In this document: one piece after another, positions 38,050 through 50,225 of the stretch
Layout of the letters: the number at the start of each line of letters is the position of its first letter
Numbering within the stretch: position 1 is the stretch's first letter
NCBI GenBank assembly: GCA_000708835.1
Contig: DF237413.1
Span: forward strand, 1 to 64,000
Direction of reading: 5' to 3'
Source: Klebsormidium nitens
Taxonomy: Eukaryota; Plantae; Klebsormidiophyceae
Length of the DNA stretch: 64,000 nt
Notes under the pieces: model-generated
Seen by the model: the letters and a program-made list of their open reading frames with translations, nothing else
Told to the model about the DNA's origin: nothing
Database searches by the model: none
Made by a program: the position numbers and the translations under genes

Positions 38050-39116
38050 AATGTGGTCCAAGCGGTGTGTATACAGACGTCACCATGTAGGATGGAAGAT
38101 GCTACAGCTACTAGCCGCTAAGGGACTCTGTTTATCTCGAATACTACGGCTGTGGACAACTATAGGAAAGAAGTTTCAAACCGTCCTTCTCTTTCCGGTG
38201 ACTATCGGGAGACTCGAAACAGTGAATACCCACCAGCTATGGTGTTGCTAGTATCACAATCACGTACATGCTCATGTGCAGAGTATTCTGATCGGTCACC
38301 TGAACACCATTATGATAGTCCTCCGGCAGATTGTGAATAGTATGATCAAATTGTCGAATTTCGATGGATCTTATTAATCAGGGAGAATATGGCTAGCTAC
38401 GTGACCGGAGGTGGTCACTCAACGCGTTCCATATCCATGGCCTACTACTAAGCGTGAGTCCTGTACTGCCGGATGACGACTTGCAGCTTTGTACAACCAG
38501 GGCCAACTGTTTTAAGTAGTCACCTGGGCCGGATCATTCAGCATGGTTAGATAGAATTTTCGAAATTGAACGCGGCGGCCGCCACCAGCTCATGTGAATA
38601 CCACGTGCCGCATGACAATCATCGATAATAAGTATATACAAAAGTATGAATGACACTGCATGTCTGCATATGCTGCATCCCAATTGCAGCATGCCGCGGC
38701 CGTATCTCCATGAACTCAATCAGAAAAATCTCAATTTCCGGCAATTTAATTCCAAAAAGGCGGCCCGCTTGAATCAAAAGTACTGCAGAATCTAAATAGG
38801 AGAAGAATACAGTAGCCAGCCCGCGGGCTTGTGCTTGAGGTTCAAGCCGTTGACACGTTGAGCTTCCATCGAAATTAACATCTGTATATCAAAGGATGCT
38901 GGACTGACATGAACAACGAACAAGCCAAGGAATAATATCATAGTATGTATATTGAAGAACCTCGACCACTGAAGTACAATCGAGCATGCCAGAACAAAAC
39001 GTACATTTATTGCAGTACATTGCATAACTTGGCATGAGGATGAGGTGCTGATGTGTAGGCTAGCCGTTGATCCTGTCACATAACGATGTGAAACCCGCCG
39101 AAGGAGCCAGTCCGTC

Positions 39117-39362
39117 TGCATTAGCAGCTTTATTCGAAGTTTATTCGCCTCAGCAATGAGGTCCGCATTGCGCTTAAAGACTACAGAGTGCTTCCGTTCA
39201 GTCTCAAGGTCTTGGTATCTTTTCTTGAAATGCTTTTTAAATAGCTCCCATGCCATCCGTTCTTCTCCTTTTGCCCAGAGTTCTTGGATGAGAAGATTTT
39301 GTTCAAACCTCGAGCGCCACTCGCTGAGCTGCTTCTCCGTTTCGGAATCCTCGTGATTGAGT
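39117..39362 (-). pseudogene. Fragment resembling the I29 inhibitor prodomain of papain-family (C1A) proteases, with no protease domain seen
   Basis: Translation ...ERMAWELFKKHFKKRYQDLETERKHSVVFKRNADLIAEANKL resembles W..FK..(F/Y).K.Y...E...R..VF..N...I...N. A possible acceptor CTATAG| lies near 39362. I found no catalytic QxxCGSCW motif nearby. Confidence 0.35.
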
Positions 39363-40137
39363 CTATAGACAAATCCTCACATTACATCCTCACAGTGACG
39401 TCAACCTGTCCACCAGCGCGGCCCAATAGCGTACATGCAACTAGCTTCCACTTTCAGTATCGGAATTTGGGTATGCGCTTTCAAAACCGGAAGCAAGTAC
39501 ACAAATTAAAGCACTCAAGCCAAAAGGCTTTCGGTAGATTTAATACGAACACAAGGAGGATATATTCTCACATGTCAACTTCGAGGCAATCTTCTTGTTA
39601 ATCTTCGCTTGTCTTCCTACCGGTATCTACAGTAGCTCTGCTGCTCTGCACATGATGCAAGATGGATCTACCTATGTGTGGAACTGCCTAGAAAAGCTTT
39701 CATGACATGGCCGGGCTCGAAGGCTGTCGCCCCGCTGTCGCCGAGATTCAACCCGTCGGACGAAGCGTCACCTTGCACCGAGGAAACTGCCGCCACATGC
39801 TAGACCATATTAAACCGTATTACGAGACACTAATAGAACTGCTAATCACGGGAGCATAACCGGCACCCCGGCCTGCCCCGTTCTTCAAAAGCCCTATCTT
39901 TGAGGGCGACATGCAAAGTCTGATGTACAATGCGCCTGCGCTGGCCTGCCAGCTGGCAGTGGAAACCTGGAGCTCGATCAATTGGCAAATCCCCGGCAAA
40001 TCGCAGCAGGACTCAGGAGTGCATCTGCGCCGTTGCCCTGTTGAAGCGGCTTCCTCTTTGAATCGTGTAGCTCATTGGGAGGCAGGAGACTGTCTTTCTC
40101 TCTTTGACTCTTGCGTATTTTACCAAGCTCTAGAAAG

Positions 40138-43100
40138 ATGGCTTCGCAAGGCAACGAGCTCAAGGCCTTCAAGGTGCTTCCGATTGTTATTGACTTCCAG
40201 CCTAGCGTGCAGCTGAAAGTGACGTACGGATCATCGGAGGTCGTCAATGGAGTGGCGCTGAGGCCGGAAGGGACACAGGAGCCGCCAAAGGTCAGGTTTC
40301 ACGTTGAGTATTAATCTGGCATTGCAAGAATGAGGAATGATGGAAGCAGGGGCTTGTTGTTGTTTTGAATGATAAGCTGAAAGGAAGGCTTTGTACTTGC
40401 ATGCATGCAAAATCATCATCTACTCTTGTGCGCTTTTTGTGCTTTTTTGCTCAGACGATGCCCCAGGGTTTTTGACCAATCCTCAATCTGTTTCTTTGAG
40501 CGCTTCACATTGCCCTTCCGTTGAGATCTTAATGAATGGCCTCTGTCTAGTCACTTCATCACACCACTCAAGGGTGGTGCTAGGGCTGATGGGGCTTGTT
40601 ACACAAGTGGTAGCAACCATGCAGCATTATGTTTTGCAGTGCCCTTGAAACTTTCGAGGTCTTTAGCAAGGCGCTCCAAACCTTCAAGCTTTATAGAACA
40701 CTGTACGCGATTGATGGTGGTCCTCTCTTTTATTGTGACGCCACTAAACCAGGAAAGATGTTTCTCATGACCACTTAGCTAGCTGCTACGCCTTACTATA
40801 AATTTTAGAGGTTTATGAGAATCTTGCTGAAGAAGAGTGAGTATTCTGGTTGCACCCTGCTACAGGTCAACTCCATATGGCCCTTCTAAGTTGAAATTTT
40901 CCTTAGGCACCGCTGGCAGACTACAGAAGTATGTTCAGCCGAGGGGAACAGAGCACAGCGATTTGCGGACAGGTCGAGCAACCACTCACAAGCATCGGAT
41001 CTACAGCTTCCTAAATGAGACTCACCGAGCCCCACGATATGGTCCGTGCCGGGTTGAAATTCAACCCTATGGCTAACCACACAGGTTATCATCTCCGGCC
41101 ATGTTGAGAAGGATGCAAAGTACACACTGGTGGTGACAGACCCTGACGCCCCCAGCCCAGACGACCCCAAGTTTGCAGAGTTCCTGCATTGGATAGTTGC
41201 CAACATCCCAGGGTCAGAGGCGGCGGAGGAGAAGGGTAAGCTTAACCCATCCATTTACTAACCTGGAATTGTTGACCCCCAGAATCTAAACCATTCACAC
41301 CTCCTGTGTGGGCCCTGGGTGGTTTGTGACAAGAGATGTGGACAAGATCGTGCATTGGATTGTGGCCAACATCTCGTCAGCGGCGGCAGACGGGAAGGGA
41401 AACTGTCCCAGAGTTTCCTCTCTTTCTTGATTTGGACCTTTCAAACCCAAACCTTTCAGATTCAATAATCCGGAACGAGCTCCTGGTGGTGAACGAGAAC
41501 GGGTCACCTGGAGAAACTTGCTTCCAAACGATGCTAGGTTCAAGACCATCAAGGATCAGATGATTCCCAGAAGCAGCCTACATCAGAGGGTTTGTAACCA
41601 CAAAGAGGATCTTGAGACTGCACATACACAGCTCTCCGACTCTCTGATGAAATCAGGCCATGTTCTCTGACATCTCTGTTCGGATTGGTTTTGTTCGCGC
41701 TCTCGTGAAAGATTCTTTGGAATTTTAGTCGGTAGATCGCCTTTGAACAGCAGTTTTTCGAACAAGATGTGCTGGACAGTATGTTTTTTTTGGTCATCTG
41801 TGGCATGTGAATCACTTGCCAACCGCTGTGCAAAGTATTTGCTCCGGCAGTTGAGAACGCAATTATCGTATCAACGGGCACGACCCCTACTGGTATTCGG
41901 TTGCCAGATTGGTTAGCTTAGGACGATTGTTCCTGCAAGGATCTTCCCAAGCGATTGCTCGACGTTGTGTATCAGCCTCATCACTCGCATCGACCAGAAA
42001 GTATATCTGTGTCTCTAGCCTCCCATTGGCGGTTTAATCACACGCAAGTACACTTGTCTTTTAAGCTAAATTGCGTGCCAGCATTCCAGTCTGATCTTAC
42101 GAGCCCTGGTTGTCGATTTTGTCAAGCGCAGGCTGAGCTCTCTCTCTGTTCAGTCGACACGCAACGTGATTCCATTTTTGACTTCGCAGACATCTCGCAT
42201 GCTGGCGAGGAGCTCATGCCGTACACGGGCCCCGCGCCGCCCATGGGCGTTCACCGCTACATCTTCATCCTCTTCAAGCAGTCTCAAGACGTGAGTGTGA
42301 ATACCCACTCCTTCGTGTGCTTCATTCACAGACTATAAAACGTCTATTGGGAAGATGCTCATCAACTCCTCTTTCTCGTTGAGATCCATGAACCTGCTCG
42401 AAAGTGGTCACTGATGCGCAGTTGGTCGACCGATCAGCAACTCGGGAATGGCACACAGTTTGTACCCCGGACTTTAGATCTGTCTTCGCACTTTTCCCCC
42501 TGTTCCGACTCCCAAAAGAATGCTTCTCTTGTTTTGATCATACTCCGCTGGCCACTCATCAGTGCTGCGGCTTCAGTACTGCAGTACGCCTCAGAAAAAT
42601 ACGAGGTCGGAAACTGTTCAGTAACACAAAGGGCACCAACCGTCGAGGTATCGAGGCGAGACATCAGCGGTGCAGCTGAAGCAAATTACTTCAAGTTTCT
42701 AAGACAGCATAAGATGATTAGAATCTGTCGGAAGATGCTCTCGTCTCCTCTACCGTTTCTTGCACAACGGACTGCACGATGGCGCCTTTCAGAATTGGTG
42801 TGCGTAGGTTGACAATACAAGGAGCTCGCCGAATTGAGTTTCTTCTATCACCCAGTCCTTGCAATAAGAAACCTAGCGAGCCGTGCGTAAACTGTGCACG
42901 CTGACCGTTTTCGAAAGACCTTAACACGACCTGAGAAGATTAACGGTCAGATTGTTTACAGGTGCTCACAGCCCATTCCTCGAACTTAAGAGAACCATTG
43001 AAAGCAGATCTTGCCCTTTGTGGTCACAGAGATTGAATGTCTAAGCGTTGGCAAACTGCCAGCATCGGCGGACCAGAAAAGAAGTAACCCCTCTTTTTCC

Positions 43101-43240
43101 GTTCGTTCGTGCAGCTGTCCAAGGAGGCGGCCCCTGAGGATCGTAAGCTGTTTAAGGTCCGCCAGTGGGCCGAGGAGCACGGCCTGACGCCCGTCGGCAT
43201 CGTCTTCTTCACCGCAGAGAAGGGCGGGAACAGGAATTAA
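40138..43240 (+). CDS. PEBP-family protein (FT/TFL1/MFT/RKIP superfamily), paralog 1. Exons 40138-40290, 41085-41235, 42190-42290, 43115-43240 (176 aa)
   Basis: The spliced product has [31 protein letters not shown] and [21 protein letters not shown] (DPDxP, H and GxHR anion-binding motifs). Length is typical for the family and junctions are phase-consistent (0,1,0). Confidence 0.92.
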
Positions 43241-43850
43241 GAGCGTACAGTTCGGCGTTTCGAAGTTTTGGTATACTCTGTGTACAATGATAAGCGCGCA
43301 GGCCCCTGTAAACAAGTAGAGTCACAAGCGAAGTCGAGGAAGAGCGGAAGGTGGAATCAAAAAGGATCGTCAAAGTGAGCCCCCTTAAAAATGCGACAAT
43401 TTTGCTTGCCAGTACTGTAGACCCTTCCGTCAATGTCGTTGTAACTTAAGTTTAAGCTCCCAAGATATCATGTGCGTGCAATGCCAAGTCTTTCAACAAG
43501 CTTGAGGGCCGCCGTACACAGCACGCGAGCTTGATAGATCTGACCAGCCTACTTGCGAATCTATAATTGGACGCGCGACCGAGCGCGGCCGCGCGGCAAC
43601 CATATCAATGATATGCACTTACATTTCAAGTTTCAGTTTCACTTGGTAACGACGGTCGTGTGTCAATCATGTGTCGTCCAACTTGGCAACTTGGCAACGA
43701 ACACTCCTATAGCTTAGGTAGGAATGATAGTTTCTAGATAGGAAACTTAGAATATTCCCGGCCGGAGGAAAAAGAAACTATAAATCTAAACGTACCGACA
43801 AATACACCGTCGGCTCCGCACCCGTCCGGCCCCAGGATTACCCCACCCAA

Positions 43851-43880
43851 CGGTTCGACGGTTCGGCGGTTCAACGGTTC
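43851..43880. repeat. Four tandem CGGTTC-containing 8-mers between the PEBP paralogs
   Basis: CGGTTC at 43851, 43859, 43867 and 43875 (exact 8-nt period). Confidence 0.7.
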
Positions 43881-44808
43881 GCCGCGGCGGCGGGTCATGA
43901 CCATATCCTACGTACCTAGAACTAGATCCTGAACTATAGGTCTATATACGTCCAAAGGTTAGTGTATACTGGTCCTACAGACGCGAATAATCAACCGCTT
44001 GATCATGCGCTTGTACTTATTACAGGCGTTAATTATTAATATCTCGACTATATGACAAATGATATCATGTTCCCATGCAACTAAAGTTGATTACGTGCGC
44101 CCTTATATGCTGTCCCTCTGGCATGCTAGCTGCCCGGCCCGCGGCAGCATGTGGTGCCGCACCGTGTGGCACATGCATCAGCAAAGCTGCAAATATCCAC
44201 CCTGAATCTTGAAATCTGTCACTGCGTGATGCACCAGTGACTTGGTGATAATCGGTCGACAAAACTTGAAAGCGGCCGCTTGACCTTAATGATTTGTTTT
44301 GAAAATGATGACATCGATCTGCTGTACGTCGGACGGTCACGAGTGCCAGGCCAACTATGATGTCGATCTGGAGAATAACTCACCATGCATGACGAGGTCT
44401 AGGCTCTAGCCCGGCTAGCGAACCCATCGACTATTTTCGAGTCGAAAATGTTGGATCCATCGGCGGACACCGTTCAAATTGAATGACCGAGCGTGATAGA
44501 TTTCGGGTGCTGGTTTGCGAGTCGGCGTCCGACTCAGCAATCACGCTTTCCACGTCGCATACCAACTCGCGCTCAGGTCTGACATCGGCCCGTCTGAGTT
44601 GAGTCGAAGTTGAGGGCCTCTAACCAGCTGCATGGCATAGGACCCGCTCGCTCCGCCCCTCGTTCAAAATGTGTGCGTGCAGAGCTTTTCTCCTTCTCAG
44701 CTGTTCTGCACATTCAGTTTGCTTTCGCCCACGAAGCAGTTGCATATAGGTCGTTGAAGCGCAGCCGTTTGTGCCTTTACAAAGTCCGGGGCGTCTTCAG
44801 CTGTCCCG

Positions 44809-47800
44809 ATGAGTCTTCTCGGGCATGCAGCGCCTCTCTCGAGGCGGTTCTTGCAGGGGCGCACCACTTTCTTTGGTGAACTCGCTTCTTCTTGCGGCTT
44901 GTCCAGAACCGCTAGGGTCTTTAATTCGTCTGCCCAAGTGCTTCCCGACTTTCTCTTCGAGCCGCGCCCGAAGAACGATCTTTGTAGCTTTACAGCTGTC
45001 ACTACGAGCTCCATCTCTACTTCGCCCAGAAGCCCCACAGCCCGCCAGTCTGGTTCGCCGCTCCTCCATGCACTCAACAGAGCGCGCGCGTTCTCAGGGG
45101 AGCCCTACCAGCCCGCTCTGCGACATAAGCGCCGGGAGCATGACGTCTTCGATGACGTGGGCGTCGAGATGGCCGTCGATTTTCACGAGCTGCAGGCGTT
45201 CCGGATCTTCCCGGACGTTCTGGACGAGTTCCAGCCAATGGCGGAGCTCCACGTGGAGTACGGGGAGCACAGGAAGGTGAGGCACGGGGCGGTGCTGACG
45301 CCGGAGTGGACGCAGGAACCGCCGAAGGTGAGACGGCATGCAGATTGGCAATTGCGTGTGGGCCCTGCAACAGTTCTCATCCCTGTACAGCGGAAACGGG
45401 AGTACCTGGGGCAAAAGAAGTTCTTTGATAGAAAAGAGTGCCGCGGCCTCTTCCGCAAACAATGACACAATCAAAATTCTGAAAACCTAAAACCCAAAAA
45501 CCAGAACAGCGAACCAAACTTGCTGCGTCTTAGGAACTATCAAGGTTTGAGAAAGCGAGTGTCGATGAGGTTCAAGGCGTTGGATTCTCCCGTGACCTTT
45601 AGATGACAAATCTAGATGCTTCATCAATCTGCAGCCCTTGAACCGAACCGGATACTGCGTCTGCCATTGCCAAGACCAGGCGCTTTTCCCTTTTTCGCCA
45701 ACGTGGGCGCTCGACTTAGCGGGTTGCACATGTCAGATAGGCACTATGAGTTTTTGCACGCAATCTCATCACTACTTCACCGCTCGACTGGCTCCTCTCG
45801 GCTGTGATCAACGCATTGCGGTCGAAAGGCTCCCTAACGGAAAATCAGGACCGGTAGTGCCAGTGCTGAGGCCGATCTGAGAGGACAGAGCAGCGTATGT
45901 GCTGCAAGGGTGTGCGTATTAAAACCAATCGTGGGATTTGTCCTGTAGTGTCAACCTTTATAAGTGCCGCGGCTTCTCATGACTCTGACTTTTTTCTGGA
46001 TGCACGGCAAAAAGACCTCATCGAAGCTTGTGATCTGAGGTCTGCTGTCCTTCGATGTTAGGACTTGCCGGGACTAGGCGGTGCAATGTTTTCTGTTCTT
46101 ATCACGTTCTGGCAACAGCCTCGTGCGTTTTAGGCTTATACAACTTTCTTTTACTTCTCGAGCATATTCATACGTTCTGTTGTAGATACCCGTTTGATCG
46201 TATTACTACTGTATCTGGATTCTGAACTGGAGTAAAACCCAAGCGACGCAACAATCTAGGCTCTTCAGCGCGGGCTTCAAAGACGAACTGGCAATGTAAT
46301 GATGGATCGAATTCTGATCCTTTCATATTGCCAAAGCTTGACCGTACATGACACGGTGGTTATAACGCACCACAGAAGCGCCAATATTTCTTGGTTCTGA
46401 TAATCTCCTGACGTCCATTTCTTCAGGTCAGAATCCCCGGCGGCCTCGACCCGGACGCCCGTTTCACGATGGTGATGACGAATCAAAAGCCGCTACTCTT
46501 AGAAACGGTTGTCTGGCATACTTGTAACAGGTGGAGGTCCCCGGCGGCCTGGACCCGGACCCCCCGCGGCCTGAACCCGGAGGCTCGTTTCACGCTGGTG
46601 ATGACGGATAAAAGACCGTCACTCTTCTAAACGATTGTCTGGCACAATAATTGAACAGGTGAAAGTCCCCGGCGGCCTGGACCCGGACGCCCGCTTCACG
46701 CTGGTGATGACGGACCCAGACGCCCCCAGCCCGGCGGAGCCGCGCTTCGCGGAGTTCTTACACTGGATGGTCGCCAACATCCCGGGGACCGCCGCCACCG
46801 ACGGCAAGCGTAAGACGACCGAAATACATTCTTTTCGTGGATTCCTTGATTGTGTCAAAAAATTTGCGGGATATCTTGCGTCCGCTTTCCGTACACCGTT
46901 GAAGAAGCTTGGGCGTTCTTCAACGGAAGATTGTTGCGTCAAGGACGGCAAGCGTGTGACGCCTTCTTTTCGTCTTCCAGGATATGGAAGTTTTGAAATC
47001 GCTTCAAGAGGTGTGCGAGAGAGTTGCAGAGAATCGGCAGAACCGTGTGGTTGAGAGGCGTCTTCAGACTCCGCGTCTTGCACCGTTGCGAAGGGTTTCG
47101 AGCTTCTGAGATCCTTATTGAGTGTTGCGTCCCGTGTTTTAGAGAAAGAACGGATCGTTTTATGCAGCGTTGAAAACAAGTGCAGGGTGCGGTAAGTTTC
47201 TGAGAGCCGCTTTCCTCGCTTTTCGACCCATGATACAGATCCAGCTCATCATTTCTTGGCTATCTTACAATCGCACTGTCCAACTCAGACGTTTTCCTGT
47301 TTGCGCATTGGAACAGAACACTTATGAGCAGATCCCCTACTTGTCGCAAGTTATGAGGACGTCTGAGCCCCGTGCTTCATTCTTCGACGCCCCAAAGAAG
47401 TTCGATTGCTACTGGGAAAGTAATCGTGCAGAGCCGATTGCGGAAGTCAGCTGGGAGTGCTCGTGAACCGACGTACGCCGGCGCACAAACAAAAGCTTTT
47501 GTAGTGGTTGTACAAGATTCGTTCACAAAGTTCAACGGCCCGTCCAAACGGCTTGATGAACAAAGCTTGCCTCGGGCTGCATTGAGGGTGCGATATCAGA
47601 GTCGTCTCCTCTTTGCCCGCAGCTGGCCGTCATCCGCCGCCGGACCTGGGCGGCAGCTACGTGTACGACCGTCCGCCTCTTTGGGTCATCGAGAAGCGCC
47701 TCTGGCAGGGTGAGAGCGGGGCAAACCAGTGACGCTGGTCTGAATCTTGCGGCACTCTTCAAGGCTGCGCGCGCAATTCTCTGTCATCGAGGCGGGCGAA

Positions 47801-49206
47801 GAACATTGCGAGCAATGGTGCGCCTCGAGTTAACAGTACGGCTGGCTTCAGTGTGAGAAACACACCGTGTCCAACTTGTGACGGTCAAAAGCGCCTCAAA
47901 GATCTGCTAGCGCAGGCAGACGCCCCCTTCTAGCTCGCAAACTTCAGCTTCATGTCTCTTATCTTGAGAAGTGTCATCTCGACACGTTCTTTGCAGTATG
48001 CACACGGTCAGGCCCGGCCCAAGAAACGCAGACTGAGACAGCGACTCCGCGCCTGGTCCTCTGTTGTTCAAATGTCAGGTGCTCTTCTTTGGTCGAATTG
48101 GATTGCCCGCTTCAGCTAGCTTCCAGGTCTGGCTTAAAGTGAGCGCCAACGAGTCCACACTTGCTGAACAGAAAGGTGGTACTGATTATTGACAGGAGGA
48201 AAGACGTTCCAACGCGGTTGATCCCATCCTCTTCTGCAATACTCGGATGTTCAGATGGGACTGGCGAATTACACGTATCTTCTCGGAAACGAACGGGAAA
48301 GGTACCGAATTTCGTCTATTGGCAATAACGTTTCTACGAGCTGGATGTCTTCGGTGCCAATCCTGATGCTTCGGACGAGCGATCTGCAGGCTCAACTCCT
48401 TCAATGGATGCACCCAAGCAAACCTGACCAGCGATACCTCCAAGCTTGAAGTAAAGATTGACCCTTCACTTTCTAGATTGGTTTTGGAGAGTCTGCTCTT
48501 GAGACTCCGGTTGAAACTCCTGTACTCATCTGATACTGGGGTTGCTCCCTGTGCAGACATCTCGAGAAGCGGCGACGTCCTGGTGCCGTACATGGGCCCC
48601 GCCCCTCCGACCGGACTGCACCGCTACGTCTTCGTCCTCTTCCGGCAGCCACGCAAGGTGCGTCAGCATGACCCTGAAGGGGTTTGAGCAGGGTTTAGCG
48701 CCGGTGCTTAGTGCGATGGGCGAGCGAGCGCGGGCGCCTGCTCGTTTCGCGTCACGGAACCACGTCGATGCAGGGCGAAATTGGATCCCGAACAAAAAGC
48801 ATTGGGCTTTAATTTCAGTCTCTGAAGGCGCCGCAAAATCCACCCTAGAGGGTTGACGAAGGTTGCAAGCTCTGGAACGTGACTTTTGCGAGCTCTGCGT
48901 GGAGAATGGAAGGCAGTCGTTTTGCCTCTTTCTATCAGGTGAATCGAGCCGTCTTTTCTCCCACACAATAAACCACAAATTCCTGGCTCCCAACATTACT
49001 TCCAATTCTCTGTGGCATTCGTATCATGACCACGTTCTCGAGCAATTCTGCTCACGAACTTGCTCCCTCTAACACCGCAGCTGCCCCGCGAGCACGTGGC
49101 CCCCCTGCAGCGGCCTAAGTTTCGGACGCGCCACTTCGCAGAGCGGTATGGCCTCGTGCCCATCGGTGCGACCTTCTTCTCAGCGGAGAAAGGACGGAGG
49201 GCCTAG
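44809..49206 (+). CDS. PEBP-family protein, paralog 2, with ~120-aa transit-peptide-like N-terminal extension. Exons 44809-45327, 46659-46809, 47623-47709 (extra exon), 48557-48657, 49081-49206 (327 aa; 298 aa if the extra exon is skipped)
   Basis: Motifs [31 protein letters not shown] and PYMGPAPPTGLHRYVFVLFRQ. The shared exons are exactly the same size as in paralog 1 (151, 101, 126 nt). The N-terminus is Ser/Arg/Leu/Ala-rich. Confidence 0.9.
46427..46710 (+). repeat. Triplicated acceptor + exon-start unit of PEBP2 exon 2
   Basis: AG|GT..CCCCGGCGGCCT(C/G)GACCCGGAC...TTCACG(A/C)TGGTGATGACG starts at 46427, 46531 and 46659 (the real exon). Confidence 0.85.
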
Positions 49207-50225
49207 GCCGCAGCGCAGGACTAGCTGAGGTTACGGTGGGGGATCCCTCATGTAGGTTGTGAATAGCCAACAACCCTCATGACTTGAGACGAGCTGGTGG
49301 TAAAACTGACAGTGGTAGGCGAAAGAGAAGCAAGGTCGATAGAAGTACATGTAGGAGCTCCGCAAGCATACCTGTAGTGCTCGTAGGCAGACCTGCCCTA
49401 TACTTGTGTATGATCTCATGATAGTATAGACGAATTGAATGACGTAGCGTACGGGCAATTGATCATCATTCGGATGCCAGATGGCATGTTGGCAAATGTA
49501 CGCAATTCGATCATTGGCCCGGACGTGGCGCGGCCGCGATCGATCAAGCATCATGGGCGGTTTAATTAACCATGCATGGCATTGATGCGCGCACCTACTT
49601 GTCAATACCGCGCCGCCATATCCTGGTCATTGTCGCGTGAAGTAGCCTGCACGCGGGCGGCTTTATCATGGGCACGCAGGCGCGGCCATGCTTATACTGA
49701 TTTGTACATAGAGCCATCGGCATGCGCCTGTTAAATTGTAGACCCGACCCGTCGGCCATGCACGTACCGGCCCTCACTCGAAACTGCGCGATCGGATGCA
49801 TGCCGCGTGAGATCATGCTTATCGGAACAGCTATAAGCGGCCTGCACTGCAAGGTACCAATGGCCAATTCGTACTCGCAGCGCTTCACATTTAATATGAT
49901 TGCCTGATCGAATTGCGCCGTTGCTTCCAATGGGATGTAGCATATTCTGCAGCCGCAATGATATGCATGCAACGCGCAGGCCCCGGGCGATTCGAGGACA
50001 TCCGCTTGAAAATGCGGTCGGATGCACTCGTGAAGTACCCCACCATGATGAAGAAGTTGTGCGTATCCAGTATACAATTGTAAGCCGCCAGGCTCGGATG
50101 CGACAAAATCGTGTCCAGCCACCTAGACATAATTAGTAACAAATTTCAGGCTTTATTCAACGCAGTTTAATGGTCTGCAAACGCAGAACGTCTATAGAAA
50201 GGTCGGAACCGTTTCGACGGAAAGC

